Source of the DNA: Chthonomonadaceae bacterium
GTDB lineage: Bacteria > Armatimonadota > Chthonomonadetes > Chthonomonadales > Chthonomonadaceae
Assembly: GCA_035650735.1 (NCBI GenBank)
Contig: DASRGZ010000111.1
Span: 1-32,669, forward strand
Direction: 5' to 3'
DNA length: 32,669 nucleotides
The position numbers and the translations under genes were made by a program. The notes under the pieces are model-generated. The model was given only the letters and a program-made list of their open reading frames with translations, did no database searches and was not told the origin of the DNA. Positions 7,978-16,424 of this stretch are shown one piece after another (position 1 is the stretch's first letter; each line of letters begins with the position of its first letter).

Positions 7978-9237
7978 ATGGAAGAGATGAGTGAGGTCGT
8001 ATTAGGGCAGGCGCGGCGGGCCAGGCAGGCGGCCCGGAAGCTGGCGACGCTGGGAACGGAGACGAAAAACGCGGCGCTTAACGCGATGGCAGAGGCGCTG
8101 GTGGCGCAGGCGGAGGGAATCAAGGACGCTAACGCTGCCGACATCACGGCAGGACGGGAGCGCGGCCTGAGCGAGGCGTTGCTGGATCGCCTGACCCTCA
8201 ATGATAAGCGCATTCAGGCGATGGCGGAGGGGCTGCGCCAGATCGCGGCGCTGCCGGACCCGATTGGACAGGTGATAGACGGCGGCGTGCGTCCCAACGG
8301 CTTGGAGCTTCAGCGCGTGCGGGTGCCCCTGGGCGTCATCGCCGTGATCTATGAGAGCCGTCCCAACGTCACGGCGGACGCGGCGGGCCTGTGTATCAAA
8401 TCGGGCAACGCCGTCATCCTGCGCGGCGGCTCGGAGGCCATCCATTCCAACAAAGCGCTGGCGCGTCTGCTGGTGGCGGCGGGCGAACGCGCCGGGCTGC
8501 CTGCCGACAGCCTCCAGCTTATCCAGACGACGGATCGCGAGGCAGCCCGTGTCCTGATGCGCGCCGAAGGGCTGGTGGATGTGCTGATCCCGCGCGGCGG
8601 CGAGAGCCTGAAGAAGTATGTGCTGGAGAACGCGACCGTGCCGGTGCTGACCGCGCTCGGCGGCAACTGCCATACCTACGTGGACGCCGGGGCCGATCTG
8701 CCGATGGCGGCAGACATCGCCTTCAACGCCAAGGTGTCGCGTCCCTCGGTCTGCAACGCGATGGAGACGCTGCTGGTGCACAGAGAGGCGGCGGAGGCGC
8801 TGCTGCCCTCCCTCTGCGAGCGGCTGGCGGCAGCGGGCGTGGAGATACGCGGCTGCGAGCGCACGCGCGCGCTCTACCCGGCGGCGACTCCGGCCACGGA
8901 AGAGGACTGGGCGACCGAGTATCTGGCGCTCATCCTAGCGGTGCGCGTGGTGGACTCGCTGGACGAGGCGCTGGATCATATCGCCCGCTACGGCACGGGC
9001 CATTCGGAGGCAATTGTCACCCGCGACTACCGCGCCGCGCAGCGCTTCACTCGTGAGGTGGACGCCGCTTGCGTCTTCATCAACGCCTCCACCCGCTTCA
9101 ACGATGGCTTTGAGTTCGGCCTGGGCGCCGAGATCGGCATCAGCACGCAGAAGCTGCATGCGCGCGGCCCCATCGGCCTGTCTCAACTCACCACCTACAA
9201 GACCATCGTGCGCGGCGACGGCCAGGTACGCATTTAG
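7978..9237 (+). CDS. proA: Gamma-glutamyl phosphate reductase
   Basis: VPLGVIAVIYESRPNVT, SGNAVILRGGSEA, RPSVCNAMETLLVH, NASTRF.DGFEFGLGAEIGISTQKLHARGP; GGGGAG RBS before ATG 7978. Confidence 0.97.
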   Translation: MEEMSEVVLGQARRARQAARKLATLGTETKNAALNAMAEALVAQAEGIKDANAADITAGRERGLSEALLDRLTLNDKRIQAMAEGLRQIAALPDPIGQVIDGGVRPNGLELQRVRVPLGVIAVIYESRPNVTADAAGLCIKSGNAVILRGGSEAIHSNKALARLLVAAGERAGLPADSLQLIQTTDREAARVLMRAEGLVDVLIPRGGESLKKYVLENATVPVLTALGGNCHTYVDAGADLPMAADIAFNAKVSRPSVCNAMETLLVHREAAEALLPSLCERLAAAGVEIRGCERTRALYPAATPATEEDWATEYLALILAVRVVDSLDEALDHIARYGTGHSEAIVTRDYRAAQRFTREVDAACVFINASTRFNDGFEFGLGAEIGISTQKLHARGPIGLSQLTTYKTIVRGDGQVRI

Positions 9238-9340
9238 AGCCTCTCCCCTCCCGACAAAGCGACTAAGCGGCGGCTCCGGCAACTCCGGTCACGCTTTCCA
9301 CGCGCCCGCGCAGGCGGGCGACCGGCGCGAAGCGCCCCCT

Positions 9341-9362
9341 AGCGGCAGGGTTCAGCCTGCCG
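9341..9362. repeat. REP-like 22-bp hairpin, copy 2 of 3
   Basis: AGCGGCAGGGTTCAGCCTGCCG between convergent genes. Confidence 0.85.
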
Positions 9363-9422
9363 CGAACAGGAGAGCAAAGCGCCTGAGGGAAAAGGCTCTT
9401 AGCCGGGCGGTTGGCAGGCGGT

Positions 9423-10493
9423 TCAGTACACCCGCAGGGTTGCGCCGTGGAGCTTGGCCTTGTCTACGTTGTCGGCCTGCGCGCGGGGAACGGTGACGGT
9501 ATTCGGGTCGCCGTCGCTGACGTAGCGGCGCTCTGGGTGGCGCTTCAGGTCGTCCAGCCAGTAGGTGATGCCCATCGGCCCCTCGATGGCCTGGATGCGG
9601 GGCAGGCGCATGGGGTCAAACCTGGGCGAGACTGGCGAAGGCGCGGGGTTGGACCCGACCAGCAGCGCCGCCCGGTTGATATAGCGCTGGCCCTGGTAGG
9701 CTCCGGAGGCGAGCAGCGCACGGTTGCGTGGCGCAATGCCATCCGGCAGGGCCACCGACTCCACTTTCGCCTGCGGCGCCATCTTCTGCACCTTCGCCAC
9801 GCACCCCGCCAACTCCGCCTGCACCCTCTCATCCGAAAGCTGCTTGAGCGGCGTGTGCGACACCGTGTGATTGCCGATCTCAAAGCCCATCGCCAGCAGC
9901 TCCTGCATCTTCCTGGCGGCAAACTTGGGCTGCCCGAAGGCGCTGTCCGGCAGGACGTAGAAGGTGGCTCTGGCGCGGAAATCCGGATGGGCCTTCTGGA
10001 ACGCCTCCAGAATGCCAACGGCGCAATTCGGGTCCAGCCTGCCATCGGGCCGGTAGCGGAACTGGCTTTCGCGGGCGTCGTCGAAGGTCAGGATCACCGG
10101 GCTTTTGCCGGGCGGCAGGGCGATGCGGTTGGCCAGATATTCTTGCAGGGCTACCGGGCGATAGCCTTCCTTGTAGAGTCGTTCCAGGTCACGGCGGAAG
10201 CCGGCGGCGCTGCGTCCCCAGCGCGTCTCCGTCGGGCTGATGTCATGGTATTCCAGAATAGGGACGCCGCCGGCCTCATTGGGGTGAAATTGGGCCAGTT
10301 GCGCCGCCGTCCGCGCGGCAGGTTGGGACTGAGTCGGGGATACGGGCGCATCCTGTGCGGTCTGCGCGGCCTTCGGCGGGTTGGATTCCTGGGCGGCGGC
10401 GCCAGGCACGGCGGTAGGGGCCTTGCCGCATCCCACCGCGCCGAGGAGCGCGCCTAGCGCGAGAGCGGTCAGCATTCTGAGGTTCGATTTCAT
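9423..10493 (-). CDS. Polysaccharide deacetylase (CE4/NodB-like) lipoprotein
   Basis: Lipobox AVGC, PILEYH, ILTFDD, FEIGNHTVSH motifs. Confidence 0.88.
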   Translation of the reverse strand: MKSNLRMLTALALGALLGAVGCGKAPTAVPGAAAQESNPPKAAQTAQDAPVSPTQSQPAARTAAQLAQFHPNEAGGVPILEYHDISPTETRWGRSAAGFRRDLERLYKEGYRPVALQEYLANRIALPPGKSPVILTFDDARESQFRYRPDGRLDPNCAVGILEAFQKAHPDFRARATFYVLPDSAFGQPKFAARKMQELLAMGFEIGNHTVSHTPLKQLSDERVQAELAGCVAKVQKMAPQAKVESVALPDGIAPRNRALLASGAYQGQRYINRAALLVGSNPAPSPVSPRFDPMRLPRIQAIEGPMGITYWLDDLKRHPERRYVSDGDPNTVTVPRAQADNVDKAKLHGATLRVY

Positions 10494-10682
10494 TCCGATA
10501 GTTCCCTAGTCTACTGCGTTTAGAGGCGCAAATCCTTGTATGCCTCCCGCCTTGTTTCCCCAAGCGCGTCCGAATTTCCTGCGCCTGATTTTGATTGACG
10601 CTCCGGGCAAGCCGACGCAGGTATGTTCGCGTCTTATGGTGAACTGTACCGGCAAATACGCTGGCTAAGGAGGAAGCGAGGA

Positions 10683-11834
10683 ATGGCGACGGATAAGGTT
10701 CGATTTGGCGTGATCGGCACGGGCGGCATGGGATCGGCCCACTGCGGCATCCTCCCGCAGGTGCCGGAGGCGCAGCTAACGGCTATCTGCGATATTGATC
10801 CGACGACGCGCGAGACCGTCTCCGCGAAATACGGCGTTCCCGGCTTCGCCACGCATAGGGAACTGCTGGATAGCGGCCTGGTGGATGCGGTCATCATCGC
10901 GACCCCGCACTATTTCCACCCGCCGATTGCCATAGATGCCTTTGCGCGGGGCATCCATGTGCTCTCCGAAAAGCCCATCTCCGTCACGGTTTCGGCGGCG
11001 GACGCGATGATTAAGGCGGCAAAAGAGTCCGGCAAGAAGTTTGCGGTTATGTACCAGATGCGCACCGAGCCGCAGAATATCGCCGCGCGCAGGATTATCG
11101 AGTCCGGGCAATTGGGCGCGATCTATCGCACGAGCCTCGTCATGGCCTGGTATCGCAGCCAGGCCTACTACGATTCGGGCGGCTGGCGCGCGACCTGGAG
11201 CGGCGAGGGCGGCGGCGTCCTGATCAACCAGGCCCCGCATCTGCTCGACCTGTTCTCCTGGCTGGGCGGCCTGCCCAAAACCATCCATGGAACCACGCGC
11301 ACGCGCCTGCACGACATCGAGGTGGAAGATGAGGCGTTCGCCACGCTGGAGTATCCCAACGGCGCGCACGGCTACCTCTACGCCAGCACCACCGAAGTGC
11401 CTAACCACCAGATGGTCGAGATCTGCGGCGATAGGGGTAAACTGGTTATTCACGGCAGCAGCCTGAAATTTTATGAGGTGGCCACGCCCATCAGTGAATT
11501 CACCCGGACCAACACGGCCATGTGGGCTGCTCCCGAGTCGAAAGAGGTGCCGGTCGAGCTGCCGCCCCAGCCGGAGATCCAGGGGCATGGAGCCATCACC
11601 CGGAACCTGGCGCGCGCCATTCTGTATAATGAGCCGCTGATCTCGCCCGGCGAGGAGGGCCTGAACGCCGTCGAGCTTATCAACGGCATCATCCTCTCCA
11701 GCAAGACCGGCAAGCCCGTCTCCACGCCGGTCAATCGCGCCGAATACGATAAGCTGATCGAGGAGCTGAAGGCTACCTCGCGCGAGAAGACCCGCGTGAA
11801 AGAGCAGCGCGTCACCGACCCGAAATTTGCATAG
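10683..11834 (+). CDS. Gfo/Idh/MocA family oxidoreductase
   Basis: GVIGTGGMG, IATPHYFH, VLSEKP, GGGVLINQAPH motifs; AGGAGG upstream of ATG 10683. Confidence 0.93.
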   Translation: MATDKVRFGVIGTGGMGSAHCGILPQVPEAQLTAICDIDPTTRETVSAKYGVPGFATHRELLDSGLVDAVIIATPHYFHPPIAIDAFARGIHVLSEKPISVTVSAADAMIKAAKESGKKFAVMYQMRTEPQNIAARRIIESGQLGAIYRTSLVMAWYRSQAYYDSGGWRATWSGEGGGVLINQAPHLLDLFSWLGGLPKTIHGTTRTRLHDIEVEDEAFATLEYPNGAHGYLYASTTEVPNHQMVEICGDRGKLVIHGSSLKFYEVATPISEFTRTNTAMWAAPESKEVPVELPPQPEIQGHGAITRNLARAILYNEPLISPGEEGLNAVELINGIILSSKTGKPVSTPVNRAEYDKLIEELKATSREKTRVKEQRVTDPKFA

Positions 11835-11835
11835 A

Positions 11836-12142
11836 CCTGACCCCCCGGCCCCGGTGGCCCTCACCCCCTGTCCCCCTCTCCCACGCTGCGGGAGAGGGGG
11901 AACGAGAAGCCTGCGCCTTTCTCCCCTCTCCTGAAATTGGAGAAGGGACAGTAAGGAAGGAGAGAACCCGGCTTCTGCTCCCCTTCTGCCTTGCAGGGAG
12001 AAGGGACGGGGATGAGGGTAGAGAAGGGAGTACGAAAGAACCTAAGAGTGAGGACCTCTCCCCTCTCCGTAGCGCCGGGAGAGGGGAGGGGGTGCGGGCG
12101 ACCCTACTCCCTACACCCTAAACGAGGGGATGGGGTGGGGGC
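11836..12142. repeat. Cluster of CCCTCACCCC/CCCTCTCCC...GGGAGAGGG palindromic repeats
   Basis: Several hairpins (e.g. CCCCCTCTCCC...GGGAGAGGGGG). Contains an inverted copy of the AGGGGAG...AAGCCGGGT motif seen at ~13365 and ~14515. Confidence 0.75.
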
Positions 12143-12162
12143 CAAATCGAAACGCATAACGC

Positions 12163-13317
12163 ATGATGCCTAAACAACCGGTAATCCTACCTCCTGCCTG
12201 CAACTACCAGGCCCTTTCCGATAGTGCGCGGAACCTGGCGCGCACGCTGCAAGCGGCTCCAGCGCAGGAGTCGCACCGCGCCGCCGCCCTGCGCCAATAT
12301 CTCCAGACCATCGCTGCGGCCCTCGCCGAGCAATGCGACGGCATGGAGAATGGCGCTGATAGAGAACGCTACGAAACCTGCTGGTCGTTAGTCTTTCAGA
12401 TCCGCACGATAACGGCGGCACTGTCCGCAGCGCCTCCGGTCGCGCCGCATGGTATCGGCGTGGTCGTGCAGGCGTTTGCCGAAAAGCTCTTGCCGGATGC
12501 CCTGGTTACCTTGAATCCCTCCCGTATGGGGGACTATTCTGCCGCCGAATATCTCCAACGCCTGCATACGCTTCTGGAGGAGCTACAGCTAGATCGCCTG
12601 GAGAAGCCTGCCGAGACGCCCGAACGCTTCCTGGTGCTACGCTACCCCCAGGGTGAGCAGGATAATGCGCTGATGGCGTGCATGTTTATGCGCGCGTTCG
12701 GCCCGGAACGGAAAGAAGGCGATGCGTTCGCAACTTGGGCGCTCGGTCCGGCCTACTTCTTCGCGCTCGCCTCTGACATCGAGATGAGCCTTTGGCGGAA
12801 TGCCGCCTACACGCACCTGCGCCTCTGTCATGTTTCGGATCTGCTCAAGAGCGCGGGCTGGTTCGACCACCCGCAGATAGGGCCGCTGCTGGCGGCCTGC
12901 CGGGAGCGGTTCGGTTTCCACGCTAACTATGTCCGTGAGCATCTCCGCGATCCCGAAAAAGCACCTGCCGCTTCCCTGGAATCCTGGCCGGACAGGGTTC
13001 CTGGCCTGCGCGGCTACACGCCGGAGGACTTCGACCGGGACGTGCCGCGCCTCTGGGAGCGCCTGCGGCAGCTAGTGCCGCCCAACGATCTGGACATCAA
13101 CGCCGTTGAATCCGAGCAGCCTGCCGATGAGGTGAGCATTCTCAATGCGGGCTGGAGCTTCTACCTGCTCCACATGGACGACCTCTACCGGATACTCGGC
13201 TCCAAGACGGCAGAGGACCGCTATGAGGCCAAGCAGGTGCTCAATCGCCTGCTGACCAAGGGCATCGAGCTGTCGCAGATCGCGCGGCGCTGGAAAGAAG
13301 CCAGAGAGGAAGCCTAG
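12163..13317 (+). CDS. Uncharacterised helical protein upstream of a dCTP deaminase; possible degenerate HExxH-peptidase-like fold
   Basis: 384-aa ORF with genome-like codon usage; motifs E.D.FA...LGPAY, LVPPN, ILNAGW, LNRLLTKGIELS. Confidence 0.75.
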   Translation: MMPKQPVILPPACNYQALSDSARNLARTLQAAPAQESHRAAALRQYLQTIAAALAEQCDGMENGADRERYETCWSLVFQIRTITAALSAAPPVAPHGIGVVVQAFAEKLLPDALVTLNPSRMGDYSAAEYLQRLHTLLEELQLDRLEKPAETPERFLVLRYPQGEQDNALMACMFMRAFGPERKEGDAFATWALGPAYFFALASDIEMSLWRNAAYTHLRLCHVSDLLKSAGWFDHPQIGPLLAACRERFGFHANYVREHLRDPEKAPAASLESWPDRVPGLRGYTPEDFDRDVPRLWERLRQLVPPNDLDINAVESEQPADEVSILNAGWSFYLLHMDDLYRILGSKTAEDRYEAKQVLNRLLTKGIELSQIARRWKEAREEA

Positions 13318-13330
13318 CCTGTCCCCAAAC

Positions 13331-13470
13331 CGACCTCACCTCCGGCTCCACTTCTACTCCAGGAGAGGGGAGAAGAGAAGCCGGGTCCCTCCCTTCCCTT
13401 GTAGGGTCGCTAGGCGGAGGGGCGAACCATTGCAGCCCCGACCCTAGCAGTGGGGGCCGGGGGGTTAGGT
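13331..13470. repeat. Composite palindromic intergenic element, same family as 14331-14668
   Basis: Shares AGCCGGGTC...CCCTTCCCTTGTAGGGTCGCTAGG and CGAACCATTG.AG..CCGACCCT.GCAGT with the 14.5-kb element. Confidence 0.8.
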
Positions 13471-13492
13471 GACCTAGAGAGGAAGTTTCGCC

Positions 13493-14119
13493 TTGACATC
13501 CGTACTGAGCGGGACCGAGATTAAAGCACGCATGCGCGAGGAGTTCCCGGCCAAACTCGTCATTACTCCGATACTCAACGCCGCGCAGCAGATCCCCGAC
13601 CACGCCGCTGCCGTAGATTTGCGCCTGGGGCCGCAGTTCATCGTGGCGAAGCGGTCGCATTTTTCCGAGATTGATGCGCGCGACGCCGCCGCGCTCTCCA
13701 CCGTCTACCAATCGCAGGAGCATTTCGATGTCGGCATGGAGGGCGAGATCGTCATCCATCCACAGCAGTTTTTGCTCGCGGCCACGCTAGAGTACCTGCG
13801 CATTCCGATGGATCTGACCGGCTCGGTCATCGGGCGGTCGTCCTGGGGGCGCATCGGCCTCATCATCGCCACCGCCACCGCCGTCCACCCCGGCTTCACA
13901 GGCTGCCTGACCCTGGAGCTGCAAAACCTGGGCGACACGCCCATCGTACTCCACCCCGGCACCCGGATTGCTCAGATCGCCTTTTATAAAGTGGACGCCG
14001 ACCCCAACATCGTTCCCCCCAACGTCTTCCGCGCCAAATACGTCGCCGCCATCGGCCCGGAGATCAGCCGCCTCGGCAACGACGCCGATTGGAGGGTGAT
14101 CAACCGTCTGAAGCGGTGA
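13493..14119 (+). CDS. dcd: dCTP deaminase (trimeric dUTPase-like fold), divergent clade
   Basis: VDLRLG, F.LAATLEY, GRSSWGR.GL, HPGF.G.LTLEL.N, IAQ motifs; TTG start after an AGAGGA RBS. Confidence 0.85.
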   Translation: MTSVLSGTEIKARMREEFPAKLVITPILNAAQQIPDHAAAVDLRLGPQFIVAKRSHFSEIDARDAAALSTVYQSQEHFDVGMEGEIVIHPQQFLLAATLEYLRIPMDLTGSVIGRSSWGRIGLIIATATAVHPGFTGCLTLELQNLGDTPIVLHPGTRIAQIAFYKVDADPNIVPPNVFRAKYVAAIGPEISRLGNDADWRVINRLKR

Positions 14120-14254
14120 CGCTACCGCCTCTCGCCGGTATAACCAATTATAACCAAAGGGAGTGCAGCCTGCGTCGTGGGCGCGGCAAAGCGCGCCCAC
14201 CTCGCTGGCTGCGATCTTATCATCTGAGCCCCCACGCTCCTTCGGGGTGCGCGG

Positions 14255-14710
14255 TTAACCTAACCCCTCGGCCCCTCGCGCAGGGGGTAGGGGATAGGGG
14301 GTAGGGTGTAGGGGGTAGGGTGTAGAGTCGCCCTCACCCCCTATCCCCCTATTGCCAGGGTCGGGGCTCAACGGACTGCTAGGGTCGGGGCTACAATGGT
14401 TCGGGCCACTGCTAGGGTCGCCGGAGATACGGCCTCCGGCTCCGCCTCGCGACACCTGGCGACACGGCTCTGCCTTGCGAGAGCCCTCCGCCTAGCGATC
14501 CCCAACAACAGGAGAGGGGAGAGCAAAAGCCGGGTCTCCCCTTCCCTTGTAGGGTCGCTAGGTGTCGCGAGGCGGAGGGCTCTCGCAAGGCGGAGGCCCG
14601 AACCATTGTAGCGCCGACCCTTGCAGTCCATTGTAGCCCCGACCCTGGCAGTGGGATGGGGGTGAGGGCCGCTTCCCTCTCCTTCTCAAGGAGAGGGATC
14701 GGGGGTGAGG
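14255..14710. repeat. Large nested imperfect palindrome (core 14331-14668) preceded by a G-run tract
   Basis: The left arm CCCTCACCCC...TGCCAGGGTCGGGGCT...GGACTGCTAGGGTCGGGGCTACAATGGTTCGGGCC is the near reverse complement of the right arm 14595-14668. Confidence 0.85.
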
Positions 14711-14741
14711 TCTGTTTTCACTTTAATCTCAGGAGGTCTCT

Positions 14742-15566
14742 ATGTCGTTTGCTCGTTTTTTGCGGAGTGCGCTGGCCTGGGGCGCGCTGCTTGCCGCTAT
14801 CACCCTGGCCGGTATGCCTGCGCAGGCTATGCCCCAATACGCCCAGAAAGAGGGCGTGGACTGCCTGTACTGCCATGTCGAGCCGGGCAAGGACAGGAAC
14901 TTTCGCGGGCTCTACTACGCCGCGCACAACCACTCCTTCGCCGACTTCGATAACGTGTTCGAGGCGAAGATGGCCGGGGTGACTCCCAACAGCCAGGGAC
15001 CGGCGGCGCGTCCGAAGGTCGTCAGCTATCCGGACTACAAGGTGGCTCCGGCGCTCAACTTTGTCATGCGGAACATAGACGGCAAGCCAGTTCATCTGGG
15101 CCGGTATCAGGGCAATGTCATCCTGATCGTCAACGTGGCCTCGCTGTGCGGGAATACGCCTCAGTATGCCAGCCTGCAGGCGCTCTATGAAAAATACAAG
15201 GATCAGGGCTTTATCATTCTCGGCTTTCCCGCCAACGACTTCGGCAAGCAGGAGCCAGGCACCAATGCCGAGATCAAGCGCTTCTGTACCAAAAACTACA
15301 ACGTTACCTTCCCCCTGTTCTCTAAAATCGTCGTCAAGGGCGAGGGACAGGCACCCCTCTATAAATTCCTGACCGACAAGCAGACCGATCCCCAGTTTGG
15401 CGGGGACATCCGCTGGAACTTCGATAAGTTCCTCCTCAACCGCAAGGGGGAGATCGTCGCGCGCTTCGAGCCCGGCACCGATCCGCGCAAAGAGGAGGTC
15501 GTCCAGGCCATCGAAAAGGAACTAAAGGCAGGAAAGGAGGACAGTCAGAGCGCCCGCCTGCCCTGA
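14742..15566 (+). CDS. Exported Cys-type glutathione peroxidase with an N-terminal CxxCH mini-domain
   Basis: Signal peptide (..PAQA), CLYCH, then GPx motifs VNVASLCG.TPQY, LGFPANDFGKQEPG, WNFDKFL; AGGAGG RBS. Confidence 0.9.
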   Translation: MSFARFLRSALAWGALLAAITLAGMPAQAMPQYAQKEGVDCLYCHVEPGKDRNFRGLYYAAHNHSFADFDNVFEAKMAGVTPNSQGPAARPKVVSYPDYKVAPALNFVMRNIDGKPVHLGRYQGNVILIVNVASLCGNTPQYASLQALYEKYKDQGFIILGFPANDFGKQEPGTNAEIKRFCTKNYNVTFPLFSKIVVKGEGQAPLYKFLTDKQTDPQFGGDIRWNFDKFLLNRKGEIVARFEPGTDPRKEEVVQAIEKELKAGKEDSQSARLP

Positions 15567-15583
15567 CCCGGCCTTATCTCCCC

Positions 15584-15622
15584 TCCGCTCGAACCTTTGT
15601 CGTAGAGAGGCGTTCGAGCGGA
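15584..15622. terminator. Hairpin after the peroxidase gene (TCCGCTCGAAC/GTTCGAGCGGA), no U-tract
   Basis: 11-bp perfect stem 17 bp after the stop codon. Confidence 0.4.
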
Positions 15623-15841
15623 ACAGGAGGGCCTGTGTTTCGCCGGAGGGGATATTACGCGATGGTGGCAGGCTTTGTGATCTTCATGTGATGAACATTA
15701 CAGCGGCGGTGTGACCGATAGGGCTGTTCCTGCGCCGAATACCAGGTTAGAATACACGCGGAAAGCAGGGCGCGGCCGATCCTGCGGATCGGCCCGTCCC
15801 GGATGTAAGGTTCGGCGTAAGGAAAGGAGCGCAAGGAAGTT

Positions 15842-16192
15842 ATGTCGCAGCACATCCCAAGCCCGCAACCACTATTCCTCACGGAAGAGGAGACGTTGGC
15901 GTTATTGAATATGTGCCTGGTCAGTCCCGTGCAGACCACGCCGGAGGCCGAGTGCGCGATTCAGAAGCTGGCCAATCTGGCGCGTCGTCTGTCTGCCATG
16001 CCTGCCGCCGTCCAGGAGGCGCTGCCGTCCCTGGATGGGGAGGCCCTGTCAGGTATCCCGGAGACGGGTATCTCAGGCGAGGCGGCGCGCATCCAGCTCC
16101 TCATTCGCGCTGAAACGCAGACCCTGGGCGCTTACAGCTGTTATCGGGGGCGCCTGAACCGGTTTCTGAGCCGCTTCACCATGCCGCAATAA
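15842..16192 (+). CDS. Hypothetical protein
   Basis: 116-aa ORF with a purine-rich RBS region and a plausible helical N-terminus (LFLTEEETLALL). Confidence 0.6.
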   Translation: MSQHIPSPQPLFLTEEETLALLNMCLVSPVQTTPEAECAIQKLANLARRLSAMPAAVQEALPSLDGEALSGIPETGISGEAARIQLLIRAETQTLGAYSCYRGRLNRFLSRFTMPQ

Positions 16193-16390
16193 GCCGCCAG
16201 CCAAACTGGCCACGAAGCCCGATTTTCCAAATTTTCCCGACCCGTTTCCGCCGTGCAGCCAGGTTGCTTGCGCGGCCTTTTTCTGTCTCCCGCAGGGAGT
16301 GGCTAACCTCTTGCAGGTGAGTGCGGTTCTGTGCAGTCAAGGCAAGAACTTGCCTGCAACGGATTCGACACTCCCTCCCGCACCGTCCGG

Positions 16391-16419
16391 TTGACAGCCG
16401 CACCGCCAAATGCTACACT
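16391..16419 (+). promoter_or_regulatory. Sigma-70 promoter TTGACA-17-TACACT with extended TG, predicting a leaderless transcript
   Basis: Near-consensus; ATG 16425 lies 5 nt after the -10 element. Confidence 0.8.
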
Positions 16420-16424
16420 GGCCC

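Noticed and set aside
14255..14631. Short ORFs within the repeat regions (also 11991-12173 and 21839-22078)
   Set aside because: They are translations of palindromic repeats without RBS or coding features.
15132..15155. Selenocysteine in the glutathione peroxidase
   Set aside because: The active-site codon is TGC (Cys), with no in-frame TGA.
16340..16355. Sigma-54 promoter
   Set aside because: GG and GC are separated by 9 nt rather than the required 10; it is better explained as a palindrome.
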